DNA of 64,000 nucleotides from Dehalococcoidia bacterium (GTDB lineage Bacteria; Chloroflexota; Dehalococcoidia; Lucifugimonadales; UBA3495). The position numbers and the translations under genes were made by a program. Below are positions 17,483 through 26,103 of this stretch, piece after piece (positions within the stretch are counted from its first letter, which is position 1; every line of letters starts with the position of its first letter). Below the pieces are notes generated by a model. It made no database searches, was not told the DNA's origin, and saw only the letters and a program-made list of their open reading frames with translations. The stretch spans positions 20,177 to 84,176 of the forward strand of contig DUCU01000085.1 in the NCBI GenBank assembly GCA_012959605.1, given 5' to 3'.

Positions 17483-18259
17483 ATGAACCTGAGAGATTCT
17501 GTAATCATCGTTACCGGCTCTGCCACCGGACTCGGCGCCGCCATCGTAAAGCAGGTGGCTGCTAAGGGTGCGCGCGTGGTGATCAACTACACCAAGAGTG
17601 AGAAAGAGGCTCACGAGACAGAGGCCGTCTGCGACTATCTGGGCGTGGAGTCGATATTATGTAAAGCTGATGTGTCGGTTGATGAAGACTGCCGACGCAT
17701 GGCGAACCAGGCCATGGAAAAGTGGGACCGGATTGACGGGCTGGTCAACAACGCCGCTCGTTCGGTCTTCGCCAACTCCAAAGACCTGGAAGCTTTGGAA
17801 GGTCAGCAATTCATGGATGTCTTCTCGGTGAACGTGGTCGGTCCCTACCAGATGGCCCGGGCAGTTGTGCCTGCCATGAAAAAGCAGGGCCACGGCTCCA
17901 TCGTCAACGTCTCGTCCATCTCCGCCATCACCGGCGCCGGCAGCTCCATCGCCTACGCCGCTTCCAAGGGCGCATTGAACACCATGACCCTGTCTTTGGC
18001 CCGCTCCCTGGCGCCGGAGATCAAAGTCAACGCAATCATGCCCAGCGCGTTCCCTTCACGTTGGTGGGCCGACGGAATCGGCGAAGACGCAACTAAGACC
18101 CTGTTTGAAAAATTCAACGCCCAGGTGCCATTGCGAGAAGTGGCAACCCCCGAATCCGTAGCCCGGACCGTGGTCTGGCTGTTGGAAGACGCTGCTTTCA
18201 CCACCGGAGAGATGATTAAGATAGATTCTGGCATGCATCTGCTGGGTTTCCAGCCTTAG
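17483..18259 (+). CDS. SDR family oxidoreductase
   Basis: 258-aa ORF. It has VTGSATGLGAAI (TGxxxGxG), NNAA and YAASKGAL (YxxxK). An AAGGAG RBS is present. Confidence 0.85.
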   Translation: MNLRDSVIIVTGSATGLGAAIVKQVAAKGARVVINYTKSEKEAHETEAVCDYLGVESILCKADVSVDEDCRRMANQAMEKWDRIDGLVNNAARSVFANSKDLEALEGQQFMDVFSVNVVGPYQMARAVVPAMKKQGHGSIVNVSSISAITGAGSSIAYAASKGALNTMTLSLARSLAPEIKVNAIMPSAFPSRWWADGIGEDATKTLFEKFNAQVPLREVATPESVARTVVWLLEDAAFTTGEMIKIDSGMHLLGFQP

Positions 18260-18355
18260 CAAACAATTCCAAAGGCGTTTTGACTGGGTCTGGAGGTTTT
18301 CGAATATTCACTGCTATCGTCGCAAGTAGGCATTAGTAGATTAAGGGGGACGCTG

Positions 18356-18700
18356 ATGAAGACCGACCATATAAAGAAACGGAACATGATCATGCAGATA
18401 TTTCTGATGGTTATTACCCTAGGCATCTACGCCATCTATTGGTTCTACTCCACCCTGAACGAACTCCACATTGCCAACGGCAATGATGGCGGCGCACTGC
18501 TCTGGACTATCCTGGCGTTGATTCCGCTCTTGAACCTATTCGCCTACTGGCACTATTCCAGTGAATTCTCTAAGTTCAATGACGGAAAATACCCCTCAAT
18601 AGTGGTGTTCGTGGCGTGGGTCCTGTTCTCGCCACTTGTCTGGTTGCTGGTACAAATAGATCTGAACAAAGCTGCGGATGGCGGGTCGTTGAATAACTGA
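18356..18700 (+). CDS. DUF4234-like small membrane protein
   Basis: 114-aa ORF. RNMIMQIFLMVITLGIYAIYWFY is the signature opening of DUF4234 proteins, and there are 3 hydrophobic helices. Confidence 0.6.
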   Translation: MKTDHIKKRNMIMQIFLMVITLGIYAIYWFYSTLNELHIANGNDGGALLWTILALIPLLNLFAYWHYSSEFSKFNDGKYPSIVVFVAWVLFSPLVWLLVQIDLNKAADGGSLNN

Positions 18701-18727
18701 TCAACTCAAAATCTTAAGTTGCATTTC

Positions 18728-18765
18728 AAGGCCGCCTTCACTATGAGGGCGGCCTTTTTATTTGT
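18728..18765 (+). terminator. rho-independent terminator
   Basis: AAGGCCGCCTTC / GAGGGCGGCCTT stem (one G-U pair) followed by TTTATTTGTT. Confidence 0.7.
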
Positions 18766-18897
18766 TGCACTCAGAGAATGAAGCCACCGGTATCAAAACC
18801 CGGCTATGCCACCCCCGCTAGACGCGACCTCAAATCCTTGCCAGAATACGTCCCATAAATCCCTTGCGCCGTTTACGCAATTATTAGGAGATAAATT

Positions 18898-19746
18898 ATG
18901 GGACCAGAGTTAGTTGAATACCTGAAATATGAAGTAGAGGACTCGGGCATCGCCTGGATCACCTTCAACCGGCCCGAGCGCCGCAACGCCCTGATGGGCA
19001 ACTCCCAGGAAAAGAGCACCGTGGCCAAGGTGGGTGAATACATGCGGGCGGCCGATGACGATCCGGACGTTAAAGTTATTGTCCTCACTGGCGAGGGCCA
19101 GGGCTTCTGCTCCGGAGCCGATATGCGCCGCGACAACGACCCTGATGTGCTCGGCGAGAACTTTGTTGGCAACCGAGACCACACAGAAAGTCCGGACTTT
19201 GTCCGCCAGCATTTCTTCCACGGGTTCACCCAGCTGCACCGGGACATCTCCCTCGTCCGAAAACCCACCATCGCCATGATCAACGGCGCGGCTGTGGGTT
19301 CCGGCATGGACATGGCCCTCCACTGCGACATCCGAGTTGGCTGTGAGGCTACTCAGTTTGTGGGCTACCACCAACTGGGCCAAATATTCGAGAACGGTGG
19401 CAGCTACTATCTGCCCAAGATGGCGGGACTGGGTCGAGCCCTAGAGTTTGCCTACACCGGGCGGTTGGATGCCGAACGTGCCTACCAATGGGGCCTGCTG
19501 AACTACCTGGTAGACTCCAGCGAACTTGAGAAGACCACCCGCGACCTGTGCGACCGCATCATGCGGGTGCCGCCCATGGTGCATTGGATCAGCAAGCGGA
19601 TCATGCGCACGGCCATGGACACCACTTTGGAGAACACCATGGTGCTGACGTCAAACGCCGGCGGCATCCTAAGCGGTTCCGAAGATGCCGACGAAGCGCG
19701 CATCGCATTCTTGGAGAAGCGAGCGCCCAAGTTCAAAGGCCGCTAA
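18898..19746 (+). CDS. enoyl-CoA hydratase/isomerase (crotonase) family protein
   Basis: 282-aa ORF. It carries ITFNRPERRNAL, VIVLTGEGQGFCSGADM, KPTIAMINGAAVGSGMDMAL and a C-terminal FLEKRAPKFKG. Confidence 0.85.
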   Translation: MGPELVEYLKYEVEDSGIAWITFNRPERRNALMGNSQEKSTVAKVGEYMRAADDDPDVKVIVLTGEGQGFCSGADMRRDNDPDVLGENFVGNRDHTESPDFVRQHFFHGFTQLHRDISLVRKPTIAMINGAAVGSGMDMALHCDIRVGCEATQFVGYHQLGQIFENGGSYYLPKMAGLGRALEFAYTGRLDAERAYQWGLLNYLVDSSELEKTTRDLCDRIMRVPPMVHWISKRIMRTAMDTTLENTMVLTSNAGGILSGSEDADEARIAFLEKRAPKFKGR

Positions 19747-19974
19747 GCCAGCTTTAATCGGGCGCAGCCCAACGGTAAGCTTTTTGTTAAAAGACCACGG
19801 GTAGAAGACCAACGGGGGGAATGACCGGATGTCCACATTCGGAGACCTTGAACGCACCTTCGCTGATCTTTATCCCTACCGCTGGGTTTTTGCGGTTGGA
19901 TCGATGGTCGTAATAGCGGTGTCCGTCGCCTTCGCTTATAGGAGGGGCTGGCACCGCTATCTTTGGGGCCACAG

Positions 19975-20173
19975 AGTGCCGGTGGATATGAGACACTTCG
20001 AGCGGCATCCCCTGGTCTGATAAGAAAGCGTGGAATTGACGCACGGATTCTGAGTAGGTCTCTTGTGTCCGGGGGCTCATGTTCTCAGCGGCAAGGTGGC
20101 GACCGAAGGATTCGAGGTTAACACCGATATCGCCGCCTGCTACAATAGCTTTGGTTGAGGCTGATTTGGCCAT
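19975..20173 (-). pseudogene. tyrosine recombinase/integrase remnant (N-terminal SAM-like domain only)
   Basis: From the internal ATG 20173: MAKSASTKAIVAGGDIGVNLESFGRHLAAENMSPRTQETYSESVRQFHAFLSDQGMPLEVSHI. This is the pattern of the integrase N-terminal core-binding domain. The frame then degenerates into unrelated sequence and no catalytic domain is present. It lies about 105 nt from tRNA-Val(TAC). Confidence 0.5.
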
Positions 20174-20277
20174 GAAAAACACCGTCGTAAAGCTAAATAA
20201 ATATGTCCAGCTATATCCTGTCGGAGCGGTGTGCGTCAACGGAAAATCAGTTATCTACTGTCGGTAGGCATAAAAAT

Positions 20278-20354
20278 GGGTGGTTAGCTCAGTTGGTTAG
20301 AGCACCTGCTTTACACGCAGGGGGTCAGAGGTTCGAGTCCTCTACCGCCCACCA
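20278..20354 (+). tRNA. tRNA-Val (anticodon TAC), CCA encoded
   Basis: Acceptor GGGTGGT/ACCGCCC, anticodon stem CCTGC/GCAGG with loop TTTACAC, T-arm CAGAGGTTCGAGTCCTCTG. Confidence 0.9.
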
Positions 20355-20655
20355 CTGTTAATCGAGCCTGAAACGGCCATTTTGAGCTGTCTTAGGCTTT
20401 TCTTTTGTGGCTGAGAATGCTGGGTTGCCCCACATTTTGATTGGGCGAGTGCTGTCCCGATAGATCCGCAGCCCTAAATATAAATTTATAGTTCTTTCTT
20501 GAGTCGTTATATTAACCCCTGGAATAGGCCGTTTAGCGGTAAAATTCACTGTTATGGAAATACCAAGAATTTCTGAATTTAGCCATTCGTGTCTACAACG
20601 TAGACGATACCGTCGGATGCCACTGCTACATAAACTTCCTGTCTCGGATAGATCG

Positions 20656-21945
20656 TTACTCTTTCGGAATCTCCCCTGTGATTCCGTTTGTTATCAGATC
20701 CGCTATTTCGTGCTCTGAAAGCCCCAGTAGTTCAGTCAGCAGCTGATGGTTGTGTTCTCCCAGACCGGGGGCCGGTCTAGGGATTCCTCTTGGACTCTTC
20801 GAGAGAAGCCAAGGCGTGGTTACCTGCTTATACGGACCTGTTTCTGGATGGTCAACTACATCCCAGAAACCTCTTGATTCAAGATGAGGATCGGTTATTA
20901 CCTCGTTGCCATTAAGTACTGGAGCCGACGGAACACCATGAGACTGTAGTCGATGCATCGCTTCGTAATGATCTTGTTCGATGGTCCATAATGCGATAAT
21001 TGCGTCCAACTCGTTCTGATTAGCATGTCTTGATTCATTGTCACAGAATCTATTATCACTGGCTAATTCCAAATCGCCCAGTGCCATACATAGTCCACGC
21101 CATTCGTCTTCAGTTCCAACTGCGATAGCAACCCACATGTCTTCCCCCAGACAAGGGTATACACCATGAGGCGACATATCTCGGTGAAGATTCTCCATCG
21201 TCACAGCTATCCTACCGGTGACCGAGAAATCCAGTATAGATTCGCCAAGAAGCATAGTCGTGACTTCTCGTTGCGACAGATCAACTAAGCAGCCTTTACC
21301 GGTCTTGAGGCGGCTACGCAATGCAGTCATCAAAGCACCGAACGAAAGAATCCCGACGACCGGGTCTGGATAGACTAGATTGGTCAACAAAGGAAGACCA
21401 TCCTCGTATCCAGTGATTGAAGCTAATCCTCCAGTTTGCTCCAGAGTTGAGCCTAGAGACCCGTAGTTAGCTTCTGGTCCAGTGGCCCCTTGACTGCTGA
21501 TTTTCAAGTAGATCAGTTGAGGATTTTGACTTGAAACCACATCATAGCCAAGCCCCAGTCGATCCATCACCGAACCTCGGTAATTCTCAACTAATACGTC
21601 GCAGACTTTTACCAAATCAAGAAGTAGTTCTCTTCCTTGATCTGTCGCTAAATCGATTGTTAGTGATTGTTTGTTAATGTTCCTGTGGACATGATGAGCT
21701 GTACGGTTCCATGGCCGTTCTCCTGGGTCACCGTTAGGGTACACTCGGAGATCATCCGGCCCGGGTCGTGCTTTCCCCCGGTTTATGTCCATGCGAGATA
21801 GAGATTCGATTTTAATTACTTCAGCGCCCATAAAACCAAGGAACATGGTTGCATATGGACCAGCCGCAACCTGGCTAAGGTCTAATATACGTAATCCTTC
21901 GAGTGCTGGTTTGGGAGAGGAAATAGACATTCTACGATACCTCAA
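20656..21945 (-). CDS. CaiB/BaiF family-III CoA-transferase
   Basis: 429-aa ORF with LEGLRILDLSQVAAGPYATMFLGFMGAEVIKIES, the family-III N-terminal signature. It overlaps the upstream paralog by 14 nt. Confidence 0.85.
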   Translation of the reverse strand: MRYRRMSISSPKPALEGLRILDLSQVAAGPYATMFLGFMGAEVIKIESLSRMDINRGKARPGPDDLRVYPNGDPGERPWNRTAHHVHRNINKQSLTIDLATDQGRELLLDLVKVCDVLVENYRGSVMDRLGLGYDVVSSQNPQLIYLKISSQGATGPEANYGSLGSTLEQTGGLASITGYEDGLPLLTNLVYPDPVVGILSFGALMTALRSRLKTGKGCLVDLSQREVTTMLLGESILDFSVTGRIAVTMENLHRDMSPHGVYPCLGEDMWVAIAVGTEDEWRGLCMALGDLELASDNRFCDNESRHANQNELDAIIALWTIEQDHYEAMHRLQSHGVPSAPVLNGNEVITDPHLESRGFWDVVDHPETGPYKQVTTPWLLSKSPRGIPRPAPGLGEHNHQLLTELLGLSEHEIADLITNGITGEIPKE

Positions 21946-23101
21946 GTCCCAATTCAGTCATAGAATACCCCAAACCCTGGCACAATATCTCTTCATTGTG
22001 CTCGCCTAGTCTGGGGGCTTGGGAAATTTCCCAAGAATTGTCAGCGATTCGATAAGGGGCACCAGGTTGAATGGTATTCGGGAGTGATTCACCCCCAACT
22101 AGCTTAAAGAATTCCCGGTCTACAAACTGCTGAGACATCAAAAGGTCTTCCACTGTTGCTACGTATCCAGTGATGGTGCGTAAGGACTGGAGTGTATGGT
22201 AGATCTCTTCTTTAGGTTTACGTACTGCCCAATCGGAGATGACGACCAAGAGTGCGTCCTGATTAGCCCGTCGTGACTCTTGGGTAATGAATCTCGAATC
22301 GTTAACCAATTCGGGTTTTTCGATCAGCTCACACACTTTAAGCCAAGTGCTCTCCTGAACACCTGTCTCCAACCCAGGGCTAACCCAACCGTCTTTAGCC
22401 CGAACTAGATTGCTTCCCCGCCGCGCGAGAGGACGGCCAAACTGAGCATAGATAGAAGAATATAACTGTGATACGGCCATCACTTCCATCGCAGAGATAT
22501 CCACGTGTTGACCGAATCCTTGAGTATCTTTGACATATATGGCCATGGTGGTGGCTGAGAACGCACTGATACCGGTTGTATAGAGCGCCGCTTCGCCACC
22601 CACTTTCAGGGGTGGCCTGTCCGGGAGCCCAATGGTATACATGAGAGCCCCAGCGGCCTGAGCTATCAGGTCAGAGCCTTTGTATGCGCTGTAGGGTCCG
22701 GTTTGTCCGAACGGAGTAACTGATACGTAAACCAGGTCATGACATGAGTCAGCGATGTCACTATAACCCAGTCCACAGGCCGTCAAATAGCCAGGAGGAA
22801 AGCTCTCAATCAGAACGTCACAGTTCTGGGCTAACTTCATGATAGCTTGAGCATGACTGGGAACGAACGGGTCCAGTGTCACACTCTTTTTGCTGGTATT
22901 GATATAAGAAAAAAGTGCACTAGCTTGGGAGTGGTCGATCGTCTGAAAGAACGGTTTGGATGACCGGCAAGGGTCGCCGGTATACGGAGGTTCGACCTTT
23001 ATGACGTCTGCGCCCCATCCAGCCAAAAGTTTTGCGCAGAATGGGCCAGATACGCCTTGGCTTAGGTCTAGTACATTGATATCGCTGAGGAGATTATCCA
23101 T
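21932..23101 (-). CDS. CaiB/BaiF family-III CoA-transferase
   Basis: 389-aa ORF with LSDINVLDLSQGVSGPFCAKLLAGWGADVIKVEPP. Confidence 0.85.
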   Translation of the reverse strand: MDNLLSDINVLDLSQGVSGPFCAKLLAGWGADVIKVEPPYTGDPCRSSKPFFQTIDHSQASALFSYINTSKKSVTLDPFVPSHAQAIMKLAQNCDVLIESFPPGYLTACGLGYSDIADSCHDLVYVSVTPFGQTGPYSAYKGSDLIAQAAGALMYTIGLPDRPPLKVGGEAALYTTGISAFSATTMAIYVKDTQGFGQHVDISAMEVMAVSQLYSSIYAQFGRPLARRGSNLVRAKDGWVSPGLETGVQESTWLKVCELIEKPELVNDSRFITQESRRANQDALLVVISDWAVRKPKEEIYHTLQSLRTITGYVATVEDLLMSQQFVDREFFKLVGGESLPNTIQPGAPYRIADNSWEISQAPRLGEHNEEILCQGLGYSMTELGLEVS

Positions 23102-23629
23102 AAATTGGAGACGCTCTTAATGTTCTAGAGTTAGGTTACAAAGACCCGATGAACTATATGTGTGGCTCTCATGCTCGTCAATAACCAGCATCTTTGTCGC
23201 CTCTACGGTGATTTTCAGCGCGATTATTTGCTCATTCTCCGTCTATACGATTAGGTCTTACTGGGAGGACAAACGGTGGAGAAAGCAATATTTCGATATC
23301 GACCCTGAGGCTTATCCGATGCCGCTCCTGCGGGAGCCCGTACTTCTAATCTTAAAAATAAGCGCATTGGTTGGACTAACGTCTTCATCCCAAATCCGTG
23401 AACAACCTTGTCGCCCAAAAGTCGTCTGATAAACAAACCAACCGGGTTTAGAAAACGCTTCAAAATCCTGATCAAGAGGACTATCGGCTCCTAGTTTTGA
23501 ATAGTCTTGAGGAGCGTACAGATTCTTGCTTCTCAGACACTTACGCAAAATGGAGGCAAGTAATTACCATGGCCAGTAACCTGAATACCGTGAGGAAGAT
23601 GGCCTCACGTGGAGAGGGCGTCACCGATC

Positions 23630-23845
23630 TCAAGTTTTTACGTAACGGCATTCCGGTTGGTGTCCGTGGTCTCCGTTGTCAGTGCAGGTACATGGAATGT
23701 CATCCCGCCTTTCAAATCCGCGCTTCTCAAGAAACGAACGGAACCCAAAGTAAAAACCGTCACCGTCATCGATTGAGTCGAATCCTGCTTGGAATGCTTC
23801 CCGCAGTTGATCGTGGTTGGGCCGTTGCGAGACGAAATTGACCAT
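23630..23845 (-). CDS. hypothetical small protein (71 aa, Cys/His-rich C-terminus)
   Basis: Its start ATG overlaps the stop of the preceding 66-aa ORF (TGATG), and it is the last gene of the dioxygenase operon. The CTCTDNGDHGHQPEC segment is notable. No family recognised. Confidence 0.4.
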   Translation of the reverse strand: MVNFVSQRPNHDQLREAFQAGFDSIDDGDGFYFGFRSFLEKRGFERRDDIPCTCTDNGDHGHQPECRYVKT

Positions 23846-24045
23846 CAGTTCAGGACCTCTGTGATGTCTTGGGCGAAAAACATTTCTTCAGTCCCAACTA
23901 AGGACGGGTCATTGGGGTTGATCGTGTATTTTCCAAAAATCCAGACGCCGTCTTTTGGGTTCTCAATAATTTCTATTGTGGCACCGGCAGTGGTGAAGAC
24001 CTTGACCCCCACCTCCAAGGTGATGAGATTAACTACTTCGGCCAT
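23845..24045 (-). CDS. hypothetical small protein (66 aa)
   Basis: It lies 53 nt downstream of the dioxygenase beta-subunit gene on the same strand and is translationally coupled to the next ORF. No family recognised. Confidence 0.4.
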   Translation of the reverse strand: MAEVVNLITLEVGVKVFTTAGATIEIIENPKDGVWIFGKYTINPNDPSLVGTEEMFFAQDITEVLN

Positions 24046-24098
24046 TTAGGATGTACTCCATTGTTGAAGCTGTTGGTTCGTATTCGAAATCCTCAAGG

Positions 24099-24644
24099 CT
24101 AGAAGAAAAAAGTAAGATTCTTTGCTAGTAACACGTTCTGGTCTAAGATGATTTTTCGCTGTGAAATCTTCCATTCTTCATTTACTTTTCTGAGTGTGTC
24201 TTCGCGTTTGCCAATCAGAAAATCAGTCTCCGTTTGAACACGATTTCGGTAGATCAAGAACCGGCATTTCACCGAGACTTCAATTGGATCCGTGATTGAC
24301 GGCTCCGCCCCAAGTAGTTGGACGTTGGTGACGAAATGGCAGATGCGTGACAACGGCTCCTCGGCCCAGTGGACGCCAGTAAGAATCTGTCTTACACGGC
24401 GGTCTAGGGTTCCTTTGCCCTCATCGAACCAGTTAATGTCCTGTCCTTCGCGGGTGAACTCCCGGTCAAGTTCGTTGGCCTTCACGTTTCGACGCATTGG
24501 CATCCAGTAACGAATATCATCCGTGAGCAGATCCAGCCATTCTTCAAAGTTCCGTTCATCCAGCAATTCTGCTTCTCGAAAGAGAAAATCTTGAATCTCC
24601 TCCTTGAGAAGGATTCGGGAGATATTTGTTTCAACTGTGGTCAT
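24099..24644 (-). CDS. aromatic ring-hydroxylating dioxygenase, beta (small) subunit
   Basis: EEIQDFLFREAELLDERNFEEWLDLLTDDIRYWMP is the classic Ring_hydroxyl_B opening. I place the start at ATG 24644 (GGAGG upstream) rather than the longer ORF start 24719, which overlaps the alpha gene. Confidence 0.8.
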   Translation of the reverse strand: MTTVETNISRILLKEEIQDFLFREAELLDERNFEEWLDLLTDDIRYWMPMRRNVKANELDREFTREGQDINWFDEGKGTLDRRVRQILTGVHWAEEPLSRICHFVTNVQLLGAEPSITDPIEVSVKCRFLIYRNRVQTETDFLIGKREDTLRKVNEEWKISQRKIILDQNVLLAKNLTFFF

Positions 24645-24675
24645 AGCCCAAGGGCCTCCGGAACTGAGGGATTTG

Positions 24676-26064
24676 TTAATGTGACTTTCCGTTGCCGTTA
24701 CGCCAAGTTGCCAACGCATCCCAGTCCGGGGCGCTCATGAATTCTGACCATCGCTGGTAGAAGCCTCTTTGGTTCTGCTCGCCAGCAAACGCGTCCGTGA
24801 CGTTTCTGATCTGGCCGGGCATTTCCAGACCATCTGTGACCACGGGCGGGCCGTCAAATCCCAGGCCCATTTGATAGTTGTAGGGATGGCGCCGGGCAAT
24901 GACTCCTTGACTGGCATTGTGGGCGTAATTCCAGTTCTCCATATCATCCTGCTCGGTCAAACCAGAGGGACCGGAATAGGTGATGTAATAGTGACGCAGG
25001 AATTCTCTGACTTCCGGCGGGGCATTCTTGTCGATGAGGAACCAGCGCCAGGCCTCATGACTGTTGGCACCACGAGGGTTCCAAACGGCGATGCTGCGTG
25101 GTTGGCGCGGGAGATAGGACATGTTTGGGAACACAGTACTGGGGCCGGGAAGCAGACGGGCCCATTTTCCATAATTCTTTTGGCGTTCCGATTCACAATG
25201 GGCAAAGTACTCAGAGACTATCTTGGAATGTTGGTACGAAGTTGTTTTCTTGTCGTCCGGCCTCAAGAATGTGATGGTGCCGTGCCCCCTCTCTGGGAAT
25301 GAGATGTCCAGCGCAGTGGCACCCTCTCTCTCGGTGGTGTCGCGGCGACCGACACCGCTGGGACCCACGCCAGCCATATCGACAGAGCGGTGGCTGATGT
25401 TGTGGTAACGGTCCCCGATGAAGTTCTCCGCGGGGAACTTCCAATTGCAGGGAATGACCCATTTCTCTATACCTCCGAACACTTCTGTCTCACCGCCTGC
25501 CCCGTCCCATGTGTCTAGTAGAAAATCGAGGTAGGTTGTAAAACCGCCCATGTACTCAGCGAAAGAAGGAGCATGTTTGTCCCAAGTAGCCCAGATGCTG
25601 CCTTTGTAGTTACAGACCTGGGCTACTTCCGGCAACCCCCACTTGGACTTGTCCAATGTTTCTTTGTAGGCGTCTTTGAAATACGGTACGCCCACCAGCT
25701 TGCCGTCAGTGGCGAAACTCCAACCGTGGTAGGGACAGCTGAAAACAGGGGTGTTGCCTTCGTCATACCGACAGACTTTCATGCCCCGGTGGGTGCATGA
25801 GTTCAGGAAAACGTGAATCTCATTTTGTCGGTCTCTGCAAAGGATTACGGATTCTTCCCCCATGGATGACACGAAAAAATCCCCGGGTTTGCTGATCTGG
25901 CTTTGATGGCCGATGAACAACCAAGCCCTGGCGAATAGTTGCTCTTGTTCCTGGGCGTAAATTTCGGGGTTGACAAAAATTTCCCGGCTAATAACCCCGG
26001 ATTCAAGGTCAACCAAGGAATTTCTGTTAGAACTCTTGCTGCGCGGCTTACGGGCTGTTGCCAT
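24676..26064 (-). CDS. Rieske (2Fe-2S) aromatic ring-hydroxylating dioxygenase, alpha subunit
   Basis: 462-aa ORF. The Rieske motif is CTHRGMKVC...CPYHGW. The catalytic-domain segment is NWKFPAENFIGDRYHNISHRS, with mononuclear-iron His residues. Confidence 0.9.
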   Translation of the reverse strand: MATARKPRSKSSNRNSLVDLESGVISREIFVNPEIYAQEQEQLFARAWLFIGHQSQISKPGDFFVSSMGEESVILCRDRQNEIHVFLNSCTHRGMKVCRYDEGNTPVFSCPYHGWSFATDGKLVGVPYFKDAYKETLDKSKWGLPEVAQVCNYKGSIWATWDKHAPSFAEYMGGFTTYLDFLLDTWDGAGGETEVFGGIEKWVIPCNWKFPAENFIGDRYHNISHRSVDMAGVGPSGVGRRDTTEREGATALDISFPERGHGTITFLRPDDKKTTSYQHSKIVSEYFAHCESERQKNYGKWARLLPGPSTVFPNMSYLPRQPRSIAVWNPRGANSHEAWRWFLIDKNAPPEVREFLRHYYITYSGPSGLTEQDDMENWNYAHNASQGVIARRHPYNYQMGLGFDGPPVVTDGLEMPGQIRNVTDAFAGEQNQRGFYQRWSEFMSAPDWDALATWRNGNGKSH

Positions 26065-26103
26065 GTTGGTTTAGCTCCTCGTCCAAGAGATGTTCAAGAG
26101 ATT

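Noticed and set aside
19829-20020. 63-aa plus-strand ORF with a membrane-anchor-like N-terminus
   Set aside because: It overlaps the degenerate tail of the integrase frame and ends abruptly. It is likely a fragment or chance ORF at a rearrangement junction, so it is not called as a gene.
23160-23429. 89-aa ORF in the 530-nt gap upstream of the CaiB pair
   Set aside because: It has no RBS and no motif, and competing overlapping ORFs on the other strand are equally unconvincing. The region is left unannotated.
19787-24250. Intact integrative element or prophage at tRNA-Val(TAC)
   Set aside because: Only about 65 codons of an integrase survive. There are no excisionase, transposase, phage or conjugation genes, and I found no att-like repeat of the tRNA 3' end. 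It is reported only as a remnant and compositional mosaic.
24769-25302. 177-aa plus-strand ORF
   Set aside because: It is antisense to the Rieske alpha-subunit gene and has no motifs.
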